DNA of 40,722 nucleotides from a virus (taxonomy: Duplodnaviria > Caudoviricetes): positions 1 to 40,722 of IMG/VR virus record IMGVR_UViG_3300032320_001415; one strand, 5' to 3'. Each line of letters starts with the position of its first letter. Positions within the stretch are counted from its first letter, which is position 1. This document shows, piece after piece, positions 1 to 9,120 of this stretch. The notes beneath the pieces were generated by a model that had not been told where the DNA came from, made no database searches, and was given only the letters and a program-made list of their open reading frames with translations. The position numbers and the translations under genes are program-made.

Positions 1-43
1 ACAGAAACGCAGAAACGAGCCTCTTTTTCTGCTTATATCAAGG

Positions 44-532
44 GTGCGAAACAGGACTCGGCAGGCCATAAGAAGTTCCTCCGCCAGGAGATCGCGGCGA
101 ACGTTGGAGCTAGTTGGCTGCACATGCCAGCAGTTGGCAGATCACATATCAAGCCTGTTCGTTGACGGCATGTGCTGGGAAAACATGCCCATGTGGCACA
201 TAGATCACATAGTTCCCATTTGTGCTTTTGATCTTTTGGACCAAGAGCAGCACGCTGCTGCGTTCCACTACACGAACCTCCAGCCGCTGTGGAAAAAAGA
301 AAACCTGCGCAAGAGCCGCAAGTTGCCTGGGCAAGTGCTCTTTGGGTTTGCGTACGCCGCTAAGATCGCCGATGCGGCATCGTCGAAACCTAAGAAGCGG
401 CGCAAAGATGGCGGGCAACACAGCGACGATCAACGTGCTGTCTTTTCGCGCGGATTGGGATTCGCACATGCCGATTGCTGCACTGTGCGTCCGCTACACC
501 ATCAGCAAGGACCAGGTCATCCGGTTGCGTGA
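44..532 (+). CDS. HNH-type endonuclease (WHIDH..FHYTNLQPLW family), probably 5'-truncated by the window edge
   Basis: Motifs GC..L..HI...F..GM.WEN, WHIDHIVP, FHYTNLQPLW..ENL.K; paralogous to 30850..31584. Confidence 0.75.
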   Translation: MRNRTRQAIRSSSARRSRRTLELVGCTCQQLADHISSLFVDGMCWENMPMWHIDHIVPICAFDLLDQEQHAAAFHYTNLQPLWKKENLRKSRKLPGQVLFGFAYAAKIADAASSKPKKRRKDGGQHSDDQRAVFSRGLGFAHADCCTVRPLHHQQGPGHPVA

Positions 533-770
533 CCTATGGGAGCTGCCGCTGCGGAACAATCGCAGGCTGCGGTACAAGCCTGCCCGCGGCGAGACGCGCG
601 ACCCGACGCCGTCCGAGATCGAGCAACGCTGCAAGGAAGTGCAGGCGCGATGGGATGATCGCACCAGGCAGGAGCGGTCGGTCATCAAGCCTCGGCCGGT
701 GACGCTCAAGCGAATCGAAATGACCGACGAGGCTCGCCAAGCGTTCGACGAGCTGCCGGTGGAAGAATGA
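408..770 (+). CDS. Hypothetical protein, possible N-terminal HTH
   Basis: ATG at 408 in ORF 222..770 (MAGNTATINV...); ATGA overlap with the next gene. Confidence 0.65.
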   Translation: MAGNTATINVLSFRADWDSHMPIAALCVRYTISKDQVIRLRDLWELPLRNNRRLRYKPARGETRDPTPSEIEQRCKEVQARWDDRTRQERSVIKPRPVTLKRIEMTDEARQAFDELPVEE

Positions 771-1054
771 GTCGCCAGCACGACTACATCGAGCGCCGGA
801 TCGTCATCGAGTACGGGCGTCGGTACGTGTACCTGACGATGGCAGACGCGACCGCGAAGCTCGTGCCGGGCCGGGAGGAGGTCTTCACGCAGCCGTTCCT
901 GCTGGAGCGGCGGGACGCCCACGACGAGGCGGATGACTGCTGGCAGGCGTGCTACCAGCACATCAGCGATGCCGTCGTGTTCCCGATGCCCCTGCAAGGG
1001 GACGGGGGGCAGGGGGCAGAATCGACGGAGGACGATTCGCCGCCCTCTGGATGA
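767..1054 (+). CDS. Hypothetical protein
   Basis: Translationally coupled (ATGA) ORF, 95 aa. Confidence 0.6.
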   Translation: MSRQHDYIERRIVIEYGRRYVYLTMADATAKLVPGREEVFTQPFLLERRDAHDEADDCWQACYQHISDAVVFPMPLQGDGGQGAESTEDDSPPSG

Positions 1055-1061
1055 CGCTGCC

Positions 1062-1421
1062 GTGGACGCCGCCGACAACCTCCAGACAGTCGCCGCCAGG
1101 GCCAATGCGTTCCTGGCGGCTGCTCGCGAGCAAGCCGCGGACGGCCTGACATGGGCCGAGTTCGGCCGGCTGCTCGTGCAGTTGCTGCACCTGCTCGTCG
1201 CCGGGCTCGACGCCGTGACGACGCTGTCGGGGCCAGAGAAGAAGGCGGTCGTGCTGACTGCCGCCGCCGCCCTGTTCGATTCGTTCGCGGACAAGTGTGT
1301 GCCGATCACCGTCTGGCCGGCGTGGCTGCTCATTCGGCCGGCGACTCGCGTGCTCATCCTGTCGCTCGCCGCTGGTGCTATTGAAGCATTGCTCGCTATC
1401 ACGAGGAGAGATCCCGCATGA
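1062..1421 (+). CDS. Putative membrane protein
   Basis: 3' part of ORF 933..1421 with hydrophobic helices; start uncertain (GTG 1062). Confidence 0.6.
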   Translation: MDAADNLQTVAARANAFLAAAREQAADGLTWAEFGRLLVQLLHLLVAGLDAVTTLSGPEKKAVVLTAAAALFDSFADKCVPITVWPAWLLIRPATRVLILSLAAGAIEALLAITRRDPA

Positions 1422-1687
1422 TGACGCTGCTCATCGTCGCCGCCGCTGTGGCCTGGCTTATGTGGCCGACCGGCAAGGCGACGCCATCACAGGCGATGCC
1501 GCTGCCGTCTGACCTGTTCCGAGTGCCGCCGCCTGCGGCACCGGCCACGCCGGATGCCAGGGCTGCGATCGACAGCCTGCTTGCCGTGCGTGACCGGCTG
1601 TCTGCTGGCGGCCCGCTCGACGAGGAGAGCGGTGCCGCGGTCGACCGTCTCTGGCTGGAGCTGCTCCACGGGAGCGCCAAGCGATGA
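1418..1687 (+). CDS. Membrane-anchored hypothetical protein
   Basis: N-terminal TM segment, Pro-rich linker, ATGA coupling at both ends. Confidence 0.7.
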   Translation: MMTLLIVAAAVAWLMWPTGKATPSQAMPLPSDLFRVPPPAAPATPDARAAIDSLLAVRDRLSAGGPLDEESGAAVDRLWLELLHGSAKR

Positions 1688-2139
1688 GCCGAGAGAAGGG
1701 AATCGTATTCGCCGCCCTGCTTGCCGTGGCGGCACTGGCTGCCGTTGTCGAGTTCTCGCAGCGTCCAGGCGAGGACGTTCGTCCCGAGCCCGGCCTTTCG
1801 CTGCGGGGAAAGTTCGTCGGCCCGGCGGCGGCCGATGACGCTGCCGCGTTCGCCGGGCTGTGCCGCGGCATCGCCGACGCCTTGCAGGCCGACGGCCAGA
1901 AGTCCACGCCACGAATCACCACGGGCGTTCAGCTTGAGGACGTTCGCGTCGCAGCCGCTGAAGGGCGATTCCTGCCGCGGACGCTGACCCGCGAGCAGCC
2001 TCACGCTACCGCCGCCGCCGGCCGGTATCTCGATGAGGTGGCCGGCACATCTGGCGGGCCGCTCGACACGACGACTCGTGCCAGATGGGTCGCGGCGTAC
2101 CGCACGCTCGCCGATGCCGCCGAGGAGGCTGTCCGATGA
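1684..2139 (+). CDS. Membrane-anchored or exported hypothetical protein
   Basis: N-terminal hydrophobic segment GIVFAALLAVAALAAVV; coupled to neighbours. Confidence 0.7.
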   Translation: MSREKGIVFAALLAVAALAAVVEFSQRPGEDVRPEPGLSLRGKFVGPAAADDAAAFAGLCRGIADALQADGQKSTPRITTGVQLEDVRVAAAEGRFLPRTLTREQPHATAAAGRYLDEVAGTSGGPLDTTTRARWVAAYRTLADAAEEAVR

Positions 2140-2381
2140 CGCTGCTCGATCATGTGTGGGAGGTCGTCGACAACGCTCTGATGCTGTGCTGCTGCATTGC
2201 CGTGCTCGTCGTGGCCGCGTCTGCCATCGCGTGCCCGGTCTACCTGCATCTCATCCACGCGGAGCTTGTCCAGATTCGCGAGCAGTCCGCCTCGTGCAAG
2301 TGCAGCGACGACCGCGGCCCTGGCCCCGTGCTGCCGCGAGTGCTGCCACGCCTCCGCAATCTCGGGGAGGCAGACGATTGA
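2136..2381 (+). CDS. Small membrane protein
   Basis: ATG 2136 after GAGGAGG; one TM segment. Confidence 0.6.
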   Translation: MTLLDHVWEVVDNALMLCCCIAVLVVAASAIACPVYLHLIHAELVQIREQSASCKCSDDRGPGPVLPRVLPRLRNLGEADD

Positions 2382-3445
2382 GCCATCGACGCAGCGTCTG
2401 GACGATGTCGGCTATTGCGTTCGTCGTGTTTGCGGCGATCGCCGGGGCGATCATCGATCACTACACACATCGCCTGCTGAAGCGTGTTGACAGCGGCTTT
2501 GGCTACCAGCCGAATCCCGAGGGCGTCCGTCTGTTCCTCGGAGAGCTAGCCCAGCCCACGTTTGCCGAGGCTGGTGCCGACGCGATGAAGAACGCGACCG
2601 GCCGCGACACGTTCCTCTATCGTGCGGTCGACATTGCTCACCAGCGGAAGTACGGCACGCCGTGGCGGTCGTGGGACCAGGGCTCTGCGGGTACGTGCGT
2701 GTCGTTCGCGTTTGCGTTGGGGGAATACACGGCGGAAGCGGTCGACCATGTTGCGGGGAAGGTGAAGGAGCCGCCGGCGGCATGTGCGACCGAGCCGGTG
2801 TACGGCGGATCGAGGACGGCCGCCAGAATCCCGCCGATGGAGCGAAACAACGGAGGCGACGGCAGCTACGGAGGTGCCGCGGCCCGCTGGCTCACCGGGA
2901 AGTGCACCGACACGACGCTCGGCGGCGTCCTCTATCGCCAGCAGTACGGTTCGTTTGACCTGTCGAAATACTCCATTACGCTCTCTCGCGATTGGGGACG
3001 CAACGGCGTGCCGCTCGAGTTGGCTCGTGAGGCCAACAAGCGAAAAGCAAGGTGCGTGCAGGTGCAGACCTGGCAGGAACTCTGTGCCGCGATTGAGCGT
3101 GGCACGCCTGTGGCCATCTGCTCGCAGGTGGGCTACGGCCCGACGCCGCGAGTGCGTGACTCTGACGGCGCACTCTCCCGCGGCTCGTCGTGGTCCCACG
3201 CGATGCTCGTGTGGGGCGTAAGGCACAAGCACAACGGCTCGCCCGACGATATGGGGCTCATTCAAAACAGTTGGAACACCAACTGGGTTTCGGGACCGAA
3301 GTGGCCCGACGATCAGCCTGACGGCTCGTTCTGGTCGCGGCGGCGAGACGTCGAGGCGGCACTGCAACAGGGCGACTCGTGGGCGATCGGCACGAGCTAC
3401 GAGTGGCGTGATTTGCAAAATGCCGATTGGGGGCTCGCACTATGA
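2378..3445 (+). CDS. Membrane-anchored papain-like (C1 family) cysteine peptidase
   Basis: WDQGSAGTCVSFA (oxyanion Q, catalytic C), HAMLVWG (H), IQNSW (N); N-terminal TM; TTG start overlaps previous stop. Confidence 0.85.
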   Translation: MSHRRSVWTMSAIAFVVFAAIAGAIIDHYTHRLLKRVDSGFGYQPNPEGVRLFLGELAQPTFAEAGADAMKNATGRDTFLYRAVDIAHQRKYGTPWRSWDQGSAGTCVSFAFALGEYTAEAVDHVAGKVKEPPAACATEPVYGGSRTAARIPPMERNNGGDGSYGGAAARWLTGKCTDTTLGGVLYRQQYGSFDLSKYSITLSRDWGRNGVPLELAREANKRKARCVQVQTWQELCAAIERGTPVAICSQVGYGPTPRVRDSDGALSRGSSWSHAMLVWGVRHKHNGSPDDMGLIQNSWNTNWVSGPKWPDDQPDGSFWSRRRDVEAALQQGDSWAIGTSYEWRDLQNADWGLAL

Positions 3446-3669
3446 CGCTGATCGTCTGGGCAGTCACGGGCGTGATCGCCGGCAGCATCGCGAAGGCACT
3501 CCTGCCGCTGCAGTGGCCCGGCGGGTGGGTGCCGTGTGCCGCTCTTGGCTGCCTCGGCAGCGTCGTCGGCGGCCTGCCGTTTGGCCAGGGGCCGGCGGGC
3601 ATGGTCGGCTCGGTCATCGGGGCTTGCGTCGTCCTGTATCTCTACACCGCATGGAGTCAGCAGCCGTGA
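3442..3669 (+). CDS. GlsB/YeaQ/YmgE-like small membrane protein
   Basis: MTLIVWAVTGVIAGSIAKALLP...G.LGSVVGG...SVIGACVVLYLY pattern. Confidence 0.75.
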   Translation: MTLIVWAVTGVIAGSIAKALLPLQWPGGWVPCAALGCLGSVVGGLPFGQGPAGMVGSVIGACVVLYLYTAWSQQP

Positions 3670-3947
3670 ACGCCACGCAGAAGAAGCTCGCCGTCGCGGC
3701 CGTCGTCCTCGTTGGCGTGACGTGGTGGTTCGCGACCGCACCTGACTCTCCGATTCGCCCAGAGCCACCGCGGCCCGACCGGCCGGTGCTCAAGTTCGTC
3801 GCGAAAATCGGCAAGCTCGCGGCACGCATCGGACTCACCGCCCTGGTCTTCATGGAGCCTGCACCGGCAGACGCCGACGAGACACAGATGGCTCACGCCG
3901 TCCTCGGCATCGACGGCCACGTGCAGCTGCGAAACGAGAGGTGGTAG
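3666..3947 (+). CDS. Membrane-anchored hypothetical protein
   Basis: GTG 3666 overlapping previous stop; KKLAVAAVVLVGVTWWF TM segment. Confidence 0.65.
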   Translation: MNATQKKLAVAAVVLVGVTWWFATAPDSPIRPEPPRPDRPVLKFVAKIGKLAARIGLTALVFMEPAPADADETQMAHAVLGIDGHVQLRNERW

Positions 3948-4241
3948 ATGCACGCCCTGTGGCACTGGCTGCTCTATGTGCTGACGTGGTCATCCGCCGA
4001 TCCCGGCGTGATTGACGCGGAGCGTGCCCGCACGGCCGGCAGCGTCAACGTCGCCTACGCTGGCCTCGCACTGGAGCCGACAAAGCCGCAGGACGTTCCG
4101 GCTGCCATCGAGCCTCCGAAGCTATGCGAGCAGTGCAGCGGCACGGGCCGCATCTACCGCCCCGATGGTGGATGGGTGAAGTGCTCCTGCGGTGCGTGCT
4201 CGGCTGATCGCTGCCAGCCGAAAGGCAAGGCGACGCGATGA
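3948..4241 (+). CDS. Hypothetical protein with DnaJ-like CxxCxGxG zinc motif
   Basis: CEQCSGTG...KCSC; N-terminal hydrophobic stretch. Confidence 0.65.
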   Translation: MHALWHWLLYVLTWSSADPGVIDAERARTAGSVNVAYAGLALEPTKPQDVPAAIEPPKLCEQCSGTGRIYRPDGGWVKCSCGACSADRCQPKGKATR

Positions 4242-4666
4242 CTCGACCGCGTGCAGGATATGTCGGATTCACGCGGACGCCGACCTCGACGGCGGCGTCT
4301 GGAATCTGGACGCTACGAGAGGCGGAGGCGAGCAAGCGTCAGGCAGCGTGGCCAGACACGATTCTCCCCGTTGCGGCTACGCCAGCATTTTCAGTGAGCG
4401 GCGCTGGTACTGCCGCCGCAAACGGCACGTACTGCGAGAGCGGCACTCTCAACGGGCGACCGCGATATACCAAGGGCAGCTACACAATAGAGTATACGTC
4501 CGATTGGATGATCGACGGCGAGGGCAACGGGCCGAACTGGCTGATCCGGTTTGGCAGCACTGATTTGTATTACGCATCCGTGACAGCCGCGACCCCGCCG
4601 CTCAGTGGCTGGGGAGTCTATTTGGGCGGCTCGCCCGCACCAACGCTGTCCTCCACCACCTGCTAG
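4238..4666 (+). CDS. Putative virion appendage protein
   Basis: Coupled ORF; N-terminal ASGIWTL..WP motif followed by a G/T/S/Y-rich beta domain. Confidence 0.55.
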   Translation: MTRPRAGYVGFTRTPTSTAASGIWTLREAEASKRQAAWPDTILPVAATPAFSVSGAGTAAANGTYCESGTLNGRPRYTKGSYTIEYTSDWMIDGEGNGPNWLIRFGSTDLYYASVTAATPPLSGWGVYLGGSPAPTLSSTTC

Positions 4667-4689
4667 ACAGTATCGGAGAGGAGATAGAG

Positions 4690-5013
4690 ATGTCGTCCTA
4701 CGATCAGCTGCCGGGGCAGCTCAACCTCTCCGTGCGTGGCGGCGACCGCCTCTCGGCCGAGATCGACTTCAATCCGATTTCGCTCACGGGTTTCACGATG
4801 GCGGCGACAATCTCGTCCCTCGTCGGCGGCAACACGCTCGCCTCAATGACGACGACGCTGACGGACGCAGCAGCCGGAAAGGTGAATGTCTCACTGACGG
4901 GCACGCAGACCGTCGACCTGCCGCGTGGGACGTACAGATGGGATCTGACGGCGACCGACGCCGCCAGCGTGCGGCGTAGCTACCTCACAGGCTTCGTCGA
5001 GGTCACTCGCTGA
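4690..5013 (+). CDS. Ig-like fibre-adaptor protein; paralog of 25144..25524
   Basis: RBS GAGGAG; shares Y.QLP..L, AG.VNVSL...QT, YRW and R.YL.G.V motifs with 25144..25524. Confidence 0.7.
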   Translation: MSSYDQLPGQLNLSVRGGDRLSAEIDFNPISLTGFTMAATISSLVGGNTLASMTTTLTDAAAGKVNVSLTGTQTVDLPRGTYRWDLTATDAASVRRSYLTGFVEVTR

Positions 5014-6125
5014 TGGGCATCACCGTCTCGACAAGCCCGCAGCAGGTCACGGCCTCGGTCAGCGAGGACAAGATCACGGCGGCCGTGAGTTCGCAAGCGG
5101 TCACCGCGACCGTGCAGGGTGGCTTCGGTGCCAGCGGTGCTGCAGGCTCTGCGGGCGCGTCAGGCTCGAGCGGCGTTGTCACGGTGTCGGCACCGCTCAC
5201 CAACAGCGGCACGAGCTCTGCGGCGGCGCTGGCTCTGTCTCTAGGTTCTGGCCTGGGCGTTTCGGCTGGCTCGCTCGTCGTGTCTGCCGTGCCGCTGTCG
5301 TCGCTCGCTCAAGGCGGTGCGACTGCCGGCCAGGTCGTGCGGTGGAACGGCACGGCGTGGGCAGTCGGCAACGTGACAGCTGGCAGCACGGCGTGGGATG
5401 ACATCATCGGCAAGCCGACTTTCGCGACGGTCGCCACGACGGGCAGCTACGCCGACCTGACGAACAAGCCGACCATCCCGGCCGCGTACTCGCTTCCGGT
5501 GGCGACGAGCAGCGTCCTCGGTGGCGTGAAGCAAGGAAGCAACGTCACTATCGGCGGTGACGGCACGATCAGCGTATCGGCACCTGTGACATCGCTGCCG
5601 TACTCGTCTATCACAGGCACGCCGTCTCTGGCAACCGTGGCAACGAGCGGCAGCTACGCCGACCTCACTGGGAAGCCGACGCTCGGCACGCTGGCATCGC
5701 AGGATGGCACATTCAGCGGCACGTCGAGCGGCACGAACACGGGCGACCAGACGATCACGCTCACCGGAGACGTCACAGGCAGCGGCACTGGTTCGTTCGC
5801 GGCCACGCTCTCGAGCACGGGCGTCTCGGCTGGCACCTACACGAGCGTGACGGTTGACGCGAAAGGTCGCGTGACGGCGGGCTCGTCGCCAGCAATCGCC
5901 TACTCCTCACTCTCGGGAGTGCCGTCCACGTTTGCTCCGTCGTCTCACAAAACATCGCACGCGACGGGGGGCAGTGATGCACTGACAGCAGCCGACATCG
6001 GTGCGGCGGCGACAAGCCATTCCCACGCTGCCAGCGATATCACGAGCGGCACGCTGGCTGATGCCCGGCTGTCCGAGAAAGCGACCGCGGCAATCAACTC
6101 GTATCTGTGGCAGACATTCCGATAG
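5013..6125 (+). CDS. Fibre-like protein (Ser/Thr/Gly-rich, repeats)
   Basis: ATVATxGSYADLTxKPT twice; LPVATSSVLGGVK; LTGDVTGSG; AGTYTSVTVDAKGRVT; HSH motif. Confidence 0.8.
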   Translation: MGITVSTSPQQVTASVSEDKITAAVSSQAVTATVQGGFGASGAAGSAGASGSSGVVTVSAPLTNSGTSSAAALALSLGSGLGVSAGSLVVSAVPLSSLAQGGATAGQVVRWNGTAWAVGNVTAGSTAWDDIIGKPTFATVATTGSYADLTNKPTIPAAYSLPVATSSVLGGVKQGSNVTIGGDGTISVSAPVTSLPYSSITGTPSLATVATSGSYADLTGKPTLGTLASQDGTFSGTSSGTNTGDQTITLTGDVTGSGTGSFAATLSSTGVSAGTYTSVTVDAKGRVTAGSSPAIAYSSLSGVPSTFAPSSHKTSHATGGSDALTAADIGAAATSHSHAASDITSGTLADARLSEKATAAINSYLWQTFR

Positions 6126-6134
6126 GAGTTTTCA

Positions 6135-6518
6135 ATGGCAACGTCCCCAGCCTTCGCAGTCACGCCGCGCATCGCGAGCGTCAACATCGCCACGGCGAAC
6201 ACCAACCGCGACGGCACCGGCACGGTGGCAACGCTGATCACTGGGGCGGCCACAGGGACACGCATCGCCGAATTGGTCGTCAAGGCTCGCGTCACCACCA
6301 CGGCTGGTCAGGTGCGGGTGTTCCTGCATGACGGTTCGTCCTTTTTTGCGCTAGACGAGATCGCCGTGGCGGCTGCGACCGTCTCGGCAAGTGTGCAGTC
6401 GACTCGAGTCAGCGTCGTCTACAACAACCTCATCCTGCCGTCTGCGTCATGGTCGATTCGCGTCAGCACTCACAACGCAGAAAGCATCGACGTTACTGCC
6501 CTTGGTGCGGACCTTTGA
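6135..6518 (+). CDS. Beta-rich virion protein of fibre module 1
   Basis: RBS AGGAG; same position and similar size and character as 27089..27463. Confidence 0.7.
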   Translation: MATSPAFAVTPRIASVNIATANTNRDGTGTVATLITGAATGTRIAELVVKARVTTTAGQVRVFLHDGSSFFALDEIAVAAATVSASVQSTRVSVVYNNLILPSASWSIRVSTHNAESIDVTALGADL

Positions 6519-7681
6519 ACGCGGGCATCTATCCGCCGTCGTCGCAGTCTGTCGCAGCACCTCTGGCGATTGGCGGTGCCGCCGCTCGCCCGGTGCAGAT
6601 GCCCGGCGGCATCGACAACTCGCTGGATTGGCGCAAGACAAGCTGGGCGTCCATGCAGGACTCCGTGCAGTCGCAGGCACGCGCGAGAAACTGGCGATAC
6701 GGCACCGTCCGCACTGCTGCTACAGTCACCGCAGTGACGACCAACTACGTCGGCAGCGTGCTGGGGCTCGGAGGACTCGCGCTTGCGTGCCCATTTGTGG
6801 CCACGAGCGCGTTGGTGTTCGACAGCAACAACAACCGCACGTACAACGTGGGTTCGTTCGGGGGATCATCCAATTTCACTGGCGGCGTGCTGATGCCGGA
6901 TGGCAGTATTTTCATCGCACCGCGAGCGTCGACGACGGCCCGCATCGTTGACCTTTCGACCAATACGGTCACCACGCCCAACTGCACGTTCCCTGGCAAT
7001 CAGGTCTACATCGCGTCCTGCCTGTTCGATGGCGGGCGAAAGATTTATCTCGCACCGTATCTGAACACCACCACCGCAGGTGTGTACGACATCCAGCGGC
7101 AGACTCTTTCAGTCCCGGCCGGGACGTTTTCGACGGTCAGCGGCCAAGGGGCTGTCTCATCCGGGGCACTGCTGCTACCTGACGGCAGGGTATTTGTCGC
7201 GCCGCTCGGCAGCACCGCCTGCATCTACGACCCTGTTGCAGACTCGCTGTTTACGTCTTCCCGCTCGCTGGGGAGCGTGAGCAGTTTTTTCGGGGCAGTC
7301 CTGCTGCCAAGCGGCGACGAGATTGCGCTGATCCCGCAGGGCGCGACGGCACTGGTCATCTACAACTGGCGGCGGGATACGGTTCGCACAATCCCCGGTA
7401 CATGCACGGGACACATCGGCGGGCAGCTCGCGCCAGATGGGACTGTGTTTCTCATCCCTGGCACGTCTACCGTCGCGCGTGTGTATGACCCCGTCACCGA
7501 CACGCTGCGAAATCTGCCGGACACATTCTCCGGTAACTTTCCCGCCGCGGGCGCTCACGGACTCCCAGACGGTCGCCTCGTCATGCTGGCGCGGTCGGAT
7601 TCGTCCGTGTTCACCTACGGCACTCTCGGAACGCCGGTCGACGCCAACATCCAGCTATCGGCTTTCTACAACCACAGGTGA
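6515..7681 (+). CDS. Beta-propeller (kelch-like repeat) protein, candidate receptor-binding protein
   Basis: Repeated G..L.PDG.VF..P......YDP units; TTG start overlapping previous stop. Confidence 0.75.
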   Translation: MNAGIYPPSSQSVAAPLAIGGAAARPVQMPGGIDNSLDWRKTSWASMQDSVQSQARARNWRYGTVRTAATVTAVTTNYVGSVLGLGGLALACPFVATSALVFDSNNNRTYNVGSFGGSSNFTGGVLMPDGSIFIAPRASTTARIVDLSTNTVTTPNCTFPGNQVYIASCLFDGGRKIYLAPYLNTTTAGVYDIQRQTLSVPAGTFSTVSGQGAVSSGALLLPDGRVFVAPLGSTACIYDPVADSLFTSSRSLGSVSSFFGAVLLPSGDEIALIPQGATALVIYNWRRDTVRTIPGTCTGHIGGQLAPDGTVFLIPGTSTVARVYDPVTDTLRNLPDTFSGNFPAAGAHGLPDGRLVMLARSDSSVFTYGTLGTPVDANIQLSAFYNHR

Positions 7682-7684
7682 ACG

Positions 7685-8185
7685 ATGATTACATACTGCG
7701 ACGGGGACCGCGAGGCAGTCATCACGGGACTCTCGGAGGCAAGCTGGACGGTCAGCGTGTACGAGTCGTTCTCCGACTATCGAAACTGCCAGACGCCGAC
7801 GGAGACGCGGACATTCCCCGGCACTCCGAATCGCCGGGCAATGCTCTCGGCCTGGCCCGGCTGGACGCCGCGTGTTCGCGACGATGGCAACTGGTCGCTG
7901 CTGCCAGACTCCACGGACGACCTGCCAGAGCTGCCGGCCGTGCCGACGAGCGTCACGGCCCGGCAGATACGCCTGTGGCTGGTTAGGCACGGCGTGAGCC
8001 TCGCCGCCGTGGACGCCGCCATCGACGCGATACCTGACGCACAGGTCCGTGAGGAAGCAAGAGTCGAGTGGGACTACGCGCCTTACGTCGATCGGGCGCA
8101 CCCGATGCTCGTGCCGCTCGCCGCTGCCCTCGGGCTCGACGAGGCCCAGGTCGACGAGGCGTTCCGCCAGGCTGCGACGATCTAG
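7685..8185 (+). CDS. Tail-fibre-associated (chaperone-like) protein
   Basis: C-terminal SVTARQIRLWL...EWDYA...R.HP...LGL....D..F domain typical of genes downstream of fibres. Confidence 0.7.
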   Translation: MITYCDGDREAVITGLSEASWTVSVYESFSDYRNCQTPTETRTFPGTPNRRAMLSAWPGWTPRVRDDGNWSLLPDSTDDLPELPAVPTSVTARQIRLWLVRHGVSLAAVDAAIDAIPDAQVREEARVEWDYAPYVDRAHPMLVPLAAALGLDEAQVDEAFRQAATI

Positions 8186-8193
8186 GGTGAGCC

Positions 8194-8508
8194 ATGCCAC
8201 AGCGAATCGAGTTCATCAAGGCCGCTCGTGCGAATCACCAGATCCGCAGGCGCGACAACGGGCCGAATGCCCACAAGCGAGGCTACTGCTCGCCGCAGCA
8301 CAAGGCGTGGCGGATGGCTGTGCTCGAGCGTGACAACTGGCAATGCCGCGCCTGCGGTCGTGTGTGTGCCAAGCGACGCGAGGCCCACGCTGACCATGTG
8401 CTGTCGGTGGTGAGCCGACCGGACCTCCGCTACGACGTAGCGAATGGGCAATGCCTCTGTGCGTCGTGCCACAGCAAGAAGACAGTGCAAGAGATGCACG
8501 CAGGTTGA
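8194..8508 (+). CDS. Packaging-associated HNH endonuclease (HK97 gp74-like position)
   Basis: RDNWQCRACG...ADHV...NGQCLCASCHSKKT immediately upstream of TerS. Confidence 0.9.
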   Translation: MPQRIEFIKAARANHQIRRRDNGPNAHKRGYCSPQHKAWRMAVLERDNWQCRACGRVCAKRREAHADHVLSVVSRPDLRYDVANGQCLCASCHSKKTVQEMHAG

Positions 8509-8649
8509 CAGGCTGCCTAGATTTTGAGCAGGCACGGCATAGGGGGGTGCCCGCCGAGTCTGCCAACGAGGTAAACGGCAGGTACTGGCTCACGCGTGTG
8601 TCCGCAGAATGCACGCGCGTTTTTCAACTCCCAAATCGGGTGCCCACAA
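8509..8649. other. Probable cos/packaging-initiation region
   Basis: Non-coding gap between HNH and P27-type TerS with GGGGGG and CGCGCG tracts; position typical of cos phages; exact site not determined. Confidence 0.4.
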
Positions 8650-9120
8650 ATGCCGCGAGGCCGCAGGCCCAAAACGGCCGCACAGAAGCTGCTGGAGGGT
8701 AATCCCGGCAAGCGGAAGATCCGGCCCGACCTGCCGGCTGACTCGGGCGCTCCTCCGATGCCCGAGCGGCTGATGGTCGAGCCAGTGGCGGTAGCCAAGT
8801 GGCAGGAACTGGTGCCGATCCTGCTGGAAATTGGAACGCTGACGACATCGGACGGCGAGGCGCTCGCGACTTTGTGCGAAGTCTATGCTGCGGCTCAGGC
8901 GTGCCTGCTTGAATTGCGGGCATCCGGCCCAGTTATCAGGACTGACCTCGGCGGCGTGAAACCGAATCCGGCTGGCTCCCTCTACCGCGGTCTTGTTTCG
9001 ATGCAGGCTTCGCTGATGGGAGAGTTTGGTCTGACCCCGACGTCGAGGGCGAGACTTGGTGGCAAAGAAAACAAGCCCGCGGACGAGGTCGAAGAATTCT
9101 TCCGCGTCCACGGCGCGTGA
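8650..9120 (+). CDS. terS: Terminase small subunit (P27 family)
   Basis: GRRPK...GNPGKR, NPA, EFGLTPTSRARL. Confidence 0.92.
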   Translation: MPRGRRPKTAAQKLLEGNPGKRKIRPDLPADSGAPPMPERLMVEPVAVAKWQELVPILLEIGTLTTSDGEALATLCEVYAAAQACLLELRASGPVIRTDLGGVKPNPAGSLYRGLVSMQASLMGEFGLTPTSRARLGGKENKPADEVEEFFRVHGA

